From NCBI GenBank assembly GCA_040143965.1, contig JASJQH010006919.1, positions 1 to 39,234 on the forward strand: a DNA stretch of 39,234 nt. Direction: 5' to 3'. Source of the DNA: Basidiobolus ranarum. Lineage: Eukaryota. The stretch's first letter is position 1. Every line of letters starts with the position of its first letter. The translations under genes and the position numbers were made by a program. The notes below the pieces were generated by a model. The model saw nothing but the letters and a program-made list of their open reading frames with translations. It did no database searches and was not told where the DNA came from. Below are positions 35,975-39,234 of the stretch, in pieces.

Positions 35975-37041
35975 ATGTCTACTTACGATCTCTACTACTT
36001 TGATGTTCCCGGTCGTGCAGAAGCCGCCAAACTTATCTTGTTATTAGCTGGGGTAAGTCTATTGAATTTCTTGTATAAAAGCAGTGCTAACCATCATGTA
36101 GCAAAAATATGAATCTAAAGATATTAAGGTTAGCCCAAAATTGGTATATTGTTCGATAGAATCATCCTATTCACATAAAATAGCGTGAGGATTGGCCTGA
36201 AGCTCAGAAAGATGCTCCATTTGGTACAGTACCATACCTCGTAGAACATCAAGAGAATGGCTCGGTAAGCTCAACTGTTCTGTTTGCTTGATTACAATAA
36301 AACTAAGTGATGTTAGAAATTTGTCCTAGGAGAATCCCATGCCATAGAACGGTACTTGGCTAGGAAATTCGGTGAGTTCTAATGACATCGCATGAGTCTA
36401 GGTATAGGTCTAGAAATTGACTGTACAACCCAGAATTCCTAGGAAAAAATAATCAGGAAATGGCCTTCTTGGAAAGTGTTTGTGATAACGGAAGTATGGC
36501 TAATGCCAATTTATTTTACAACCTAGAAATGATTGCTCATAGTTTCTTAGGTTATATGGTTGAAAAATTCTTTGCTGCAATTAGTTTAGAAGGAGAGTCG
36601 AAAGTAAGTGCCTAATCATTATCCTGTTGTCCAATCTATATGAAATTACTTATACGGTTATTAAAGGAGAAAGCTGTAAAGCAATTTCACGAAGAAGTTG
36701 TACCGAAGTATATTCGATATCATGAGAGTTTACTCGCCAAGAATGGAAATGGCTATTATTTAGGTCAAGAAGTAAGCGGATGTATTCATTAGCTGCTTCA
36801 AGTAATTTAAAAACACAATCTCTAATTATTCTTTGTTCATAAATAGTTCACTTTGGCCGAGTTCTTGAATATGCAAATGGTACGCGTCGTTAATGCCGTC
36901 ACTGGTAAGGAAATCTTCTCCGAAGCTCAATCCCCTAACATCTGGAAAATGTGCCTAAACGTACGCAACTACTCTGTCTTTGCCAAATATTTTGAGGTAA
37001 CTGATACTCAGTTGAAGAAGCATTGTGAGCAATTTCATTAA
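35975..37041 (+). CDS. Glutathione S-transferase (Tyr-type, sigma-like); exons 35975-36052, 36102-36128, 36184-36264, 36317-36371, 36434-36493, 36551-36603, 36667-36771, 36847-37041
   Basis: Mostly missed by the ORF track. Spliced translation: MSTYDLYYFDVPGRAEAAKLILLLAG..., WPEAQKDAPFGTVPYL, LGESHAIERYLARKF, HESLLAKNGNGYYLGQEFTLAEF. Seven GT-AG introns keep frame. Confidence 0.92.
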
Positions 37042-37571
37042 GCCGTTAAAGATGTTTTAGCATAAATAAAACATCTCATCATTGAGATCAATTGATAACT
37101 AGTAGTTGGTTTATGTATTTGTGCAATAGGAATATAAATGTTATTTGTTACCATTGTCCACGTTATTATCGTTTAGGACGTAGCTATTCTGAACATAATT
37201 ATTACATATTGTCAAGTGACTTGAGACTGTTTTTGGATAGAGAGAACTTATACTGACTATATCGATGCTGTTGTACCTTGAAAGTGAATGTCATTACCAG
37301 TTAACTAAGGTGCTATTGTCTAAGGAAATACATTAATCTAACTTTACCATCTTTGTATATTTCAATGCAACATGAGGCAATGGCAAGGAATTTACTACCG
37401 TAGCATGCTACCAGCTAACTTTGTAATAATAAGTGTAAAGTGAATGTTTAATTAAATCTCTATATAAAGCTTCCCCCACTTTTACATCTTGAATCCAAGT
37501 GCTGATCGGTATATCCAGATCTTTGATATAGCGTAACATTGGCACCACAATAATCGAAAAGACAGCCATTC

Positions 37572-37894
37572 TGTTGAAATTAGCATAGCCTAAACATCGA
37601 TATAGTCATATATAGCTCAGTACTCAGTTATTCCATATTCACTAAGATATCGTCCCCTATTCTCAACAAGGATTTCTTGGAAGTTTGATGATACATGGGT
37701 TTTGAGATCATGTCCCAGAAGCGCCAAACTTTGTGCACATATTCCTGGGACCTTCCTTAACATATTCTACACGTTTATGTGTTGAAATTGTGACAAATGT
37801 ATAAATGTCAACTTGCTACTAAATAATTCAATAAGTGAAAAATACCAATTCTTCCACTTCTCCGACCACTTTCAACAAACTTTACAAATACTTC
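37572..37894 (-). mobile_element. Degenerate dispersed repeat copy B, probable LINE 3' remnant
   Basis: Aligns by eye over about 320 bp with 33451-33771 in the same orientation, with many substitutions, indels and stops. Confidence 0.6.
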
Positions 37895-38094
37895 CTCATG
37901 CTGTGAGCCCCAAACTTGCACTCCCAGTAATGTCTACTTCGCAAATATTGAGGATATCCTTGATCTGAAAAATTGGATTGAACCAGTTACAAAGATTGCA
38001 AAATCAAAATAAAATGCTGCTGCAATAAAAAGAACTTTGCCATACTGTTGTAAAAAAAGAAAACAATGCACTTAGCAGTTTGAGGATATACCAA

Positions 38095-38550
38095 TTTTGA
38101 TATCTTGTACTAGCAGCCCCGAGCCTTGCTTACATGTTAATGTGACCTTCCTTAAAACATTCCAGAGGTTTGTTTGCTTACACCCTGAAAAATTATAAAT
38201 GTCAACTTTTAACTTAATCAATCAACGATTGAAAGCAGCATTTCTTCTAGCTCTCTAAATCACTTTCAACAGGCCCCAAAAAACTTCAACAATTACTAAT
38301 ATTCTCATATTCCTTCAGGAAGACTTTTTCAAATGGAAATACAAGATACAACTGCAGTTTGAAAGGAATACTTTTGTGAAAATAATATAACCTGATGATC
38401 AAGAAGAGACTTTGAAAGGAAAGAGTACAGTTTTTGACACTAAAACAAGGAAGCTAACATGTAAAGAGGCCAGGCCAATATTCAAAGAAAAAGAGTTGTA
38501 TACATTTAGGGAAACATGTTTAAGACTAGGATCACTGCAAATTGGGCTAG
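38095..38550 (-). mobile_element. Degenerate dispersed repeat copy C, probable LINE ORF2 C-terminal remnant; may extend to the window end
   Basis: 38095-38294 aligns with copies A and B. The minus strand at 38231-38278 reads WGLLKVI*RARRNAAF. A broken zinc-knuckle-like PICSDPSLKHV(frameshift)KC lies upstream at about 38501-38550. Confidence 0.55.
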
Positions 38551-39234
38551 TCAAAAATCCCCATCAGCAATACAAGTTGAAATATCAGAGAAAAATCAGA
38601 TACTAGTAAAAAACAGGCTGGTTCTATGACATATATAAGTGAGTTCTTGGAAATTAGCACTCTCTGCTAATGTAGAAAATGTTTCTCCATCATCAGCATG
38701 AAATACATCCCTTTCCTTGCCTTTGGCTTTGCAGGAAGATGGCATTAGCATCAGTGCTGGTGCTTTGTCAGTTGCCAGTGTTTGCTCAGATACTCATGGT
38801 CTCTTTTTAGTATTCGTGTGTCTATTTATCAATGGTACTTCCAAAATCTGTTACTACTTTCAAGTTCAAAGAACTTGTATTGATAAATATTTTGTATCAT
38901 TTACAATAGCAATTTGGGGTATTTATTGGTATAGACGTAGCACAATTCTGAAATAGTCTCAGCTTGCATATCTGGCAGATATTATCAAGCAAGTTCTCAC
39001 TTCTGTGGAAAAGGTGTACTTCCCTTTGTCATCAAAAAATATGTGTTTTCAAGAGTTAAACTCTATATATACCCTAACAAAAATAAAATTGATTTGATCC
39101 ACTCTTCTGGATTGCAAAACCATCTGAGGACTGTCACAGTATTGGTGGCTTGCATTCTGCCAGGGATTTTGATGGTGAGAGGGTGGTTTCATGACAGTAT
39201 TTTGAAGGTAATCATAAATGATGAAATATTAGTC

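Noticed and set aside
38412-38956. Plus-strand ORFs 38412-38606 and 38717-38956
   Set aside because: Non-ATG starts, lying opposite or adjacent to the decayed retroelement-like sequence; probably spurious.

Overview
Eukaryotic, AT-rich genomic DNA with short (about 50-120 bp) GT-AG introns and fungal-type genes. An early-diverging fungus (Mucoromycota/Zoopagomycota-like) is my inference, not established. Recognisable genes, with exons reconstructed by hand: RPL31, a UPF0658-like multi-pass membrane protein, a HAL/NPR/HRK-type Ser/Thr kinase, chorismate mutase ARO7, a modular 20-Cys metallothionein, SWC4/DMAP1, a Git3/cAMP-receptor-like GPCR and an 8-exon glutathione S-transferase. Uncharacterised genes: a large acidic WxxxF-repeat protein running off the left edge (absent from the ORF track), a 257-aa protein with a SERTA/Zds_C-like motif, and a secreted 8-Cys protein. 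The most striking unexplained structure is a cluster of three 75-76 aa single-exon paralogues (6340-8626) in alternating orientation. They share a 28-residue C-terminal motif, and each has a TATA-like box 89-91 bp upstream of its ATG. Three diverged copies of a probable LINE 3' remnant flank the GST gene. No rRNA, tRNA or CRISPR features were recognised.
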